Origin: Squalus acanthias
Taxonomy: Eukaryota
Assembly: GCA_030390025.1 (NCBI GenBank)
Contig: CM059432.1
Location: 144,338,001 to 144,402,000 of the forward strand
Direction of reading: 5' to 3'
DNA length: 64,000 nt
How positions within the stretch are numbered: position 1 is the stretch's first letter; each line of letters starts with the position of its first letter. Of this stretch, positions 63,553-64,000 are shown piece after piece. The translations under genes were made by a program, and so were the position numbers. The notes below the pieces were generated by a model. That model saw nothing but the letters and a program-made list of their open reading frames with translations, had not been told where the DNA came from and searched no databases.

Positions 63553-64000
63553 TGAAGATTGAGGGGTGATCTGATCAAGGTGTTTACAATGAGAAAAGGA
63601 TTCGGTAGGGTAGATACAGAGAAACTATTTCCTCCGATGGGAGAATAAAGAACGAGGGGTACACAATCTTTAAATTAGAGCCAGGCCATTTAGGAGGGAA
63701 ATCAGGAAGCACTTTTTCACGCAAAGGGTAGCAGAAATCAGGAACTCTCTCCCCCAAAAGGCTCTGGATGCTGGGGGTCAATTGCAGCTTTCAAGACAGA
63801 GATGGATAGATTTTTGTTGGGTAAGGGTATCACGGGATATGGAGCAAAGGCAGGTAAATGGAGCTGAGGTACAGATCAGCCATGATCTGATTGAATGGTG
63901 GAGCAGGCTCGAGGGGCTGAATGGCTTCCTCCTGTTCCTGTGTAACAGGGTTAAGGGGCTGAATGGCCTCCTCCTGTTCCTGTGTAACAGGGTCAAGGGG
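63553..64000 (+). mobile_element. CR1 3' end whose tail begins a 42 bp tandem repeat
   Basis: aggggctgaatggcYtcctcctgttcctgtgtaacagggtYa x2+ from 63912. Confidence 0.82.

Noticed and set aside
58337..64000. BMPER exons 1-2
   Set aside because: No sequence encoding a signal peptide or the CENEGE...NPCI-type VWC1 start was found; presumably beyond the window

Overview
Vertebrate genomic DNA, most likely a cartilaginous fish judging by the repeat families (Deu-domain tRNA SINEs, abundant CR1/L2, Penelope, many GC-rich minisatellites). The window holds 13 coding exons (equivalent to exons 3-15) of a BMPER/crossveinless-2 family gene on the minus strand. They splice GT-AG in one open frame: 1830 nt including the stop at 241-243, i.e. 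609 aa, with VWC repeats, a VWD domain with the GDPH autocleavage motif, C8 and TIL. Exons 1-2 lie outside the window. The introns are filled with retroposons and about 20 kb of tandem repeats; all the long ORFs in the ORF track are repeat artefacts. Top finding: a ~3 kb LINE (59321-62302) that inserted as a single unit into a CR1 copy. It carries a tRNA-like Pol III A/B-box head, a single APE-RT ORF with no ORF1, and no TTTT Pol III terminator on its sense strand until the tail. Head+tail SINE-like derivatives of it occur elsewhere in the window, so it is a candidate Pol III-driven autonomous retrotransposon. Also notable: a Penelope-derived minimal hammerhead ribozyme in the sense strand of intron 9, a sense-oriented solo LTR, nested MITEs, a 9.5 kb satellite with a 3036 bp higher-order duplication, and divergent protein features suggesting a possible BMPER paralogue. 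All calls are by-eye; family names and human comparisons come from recall and were not searched.
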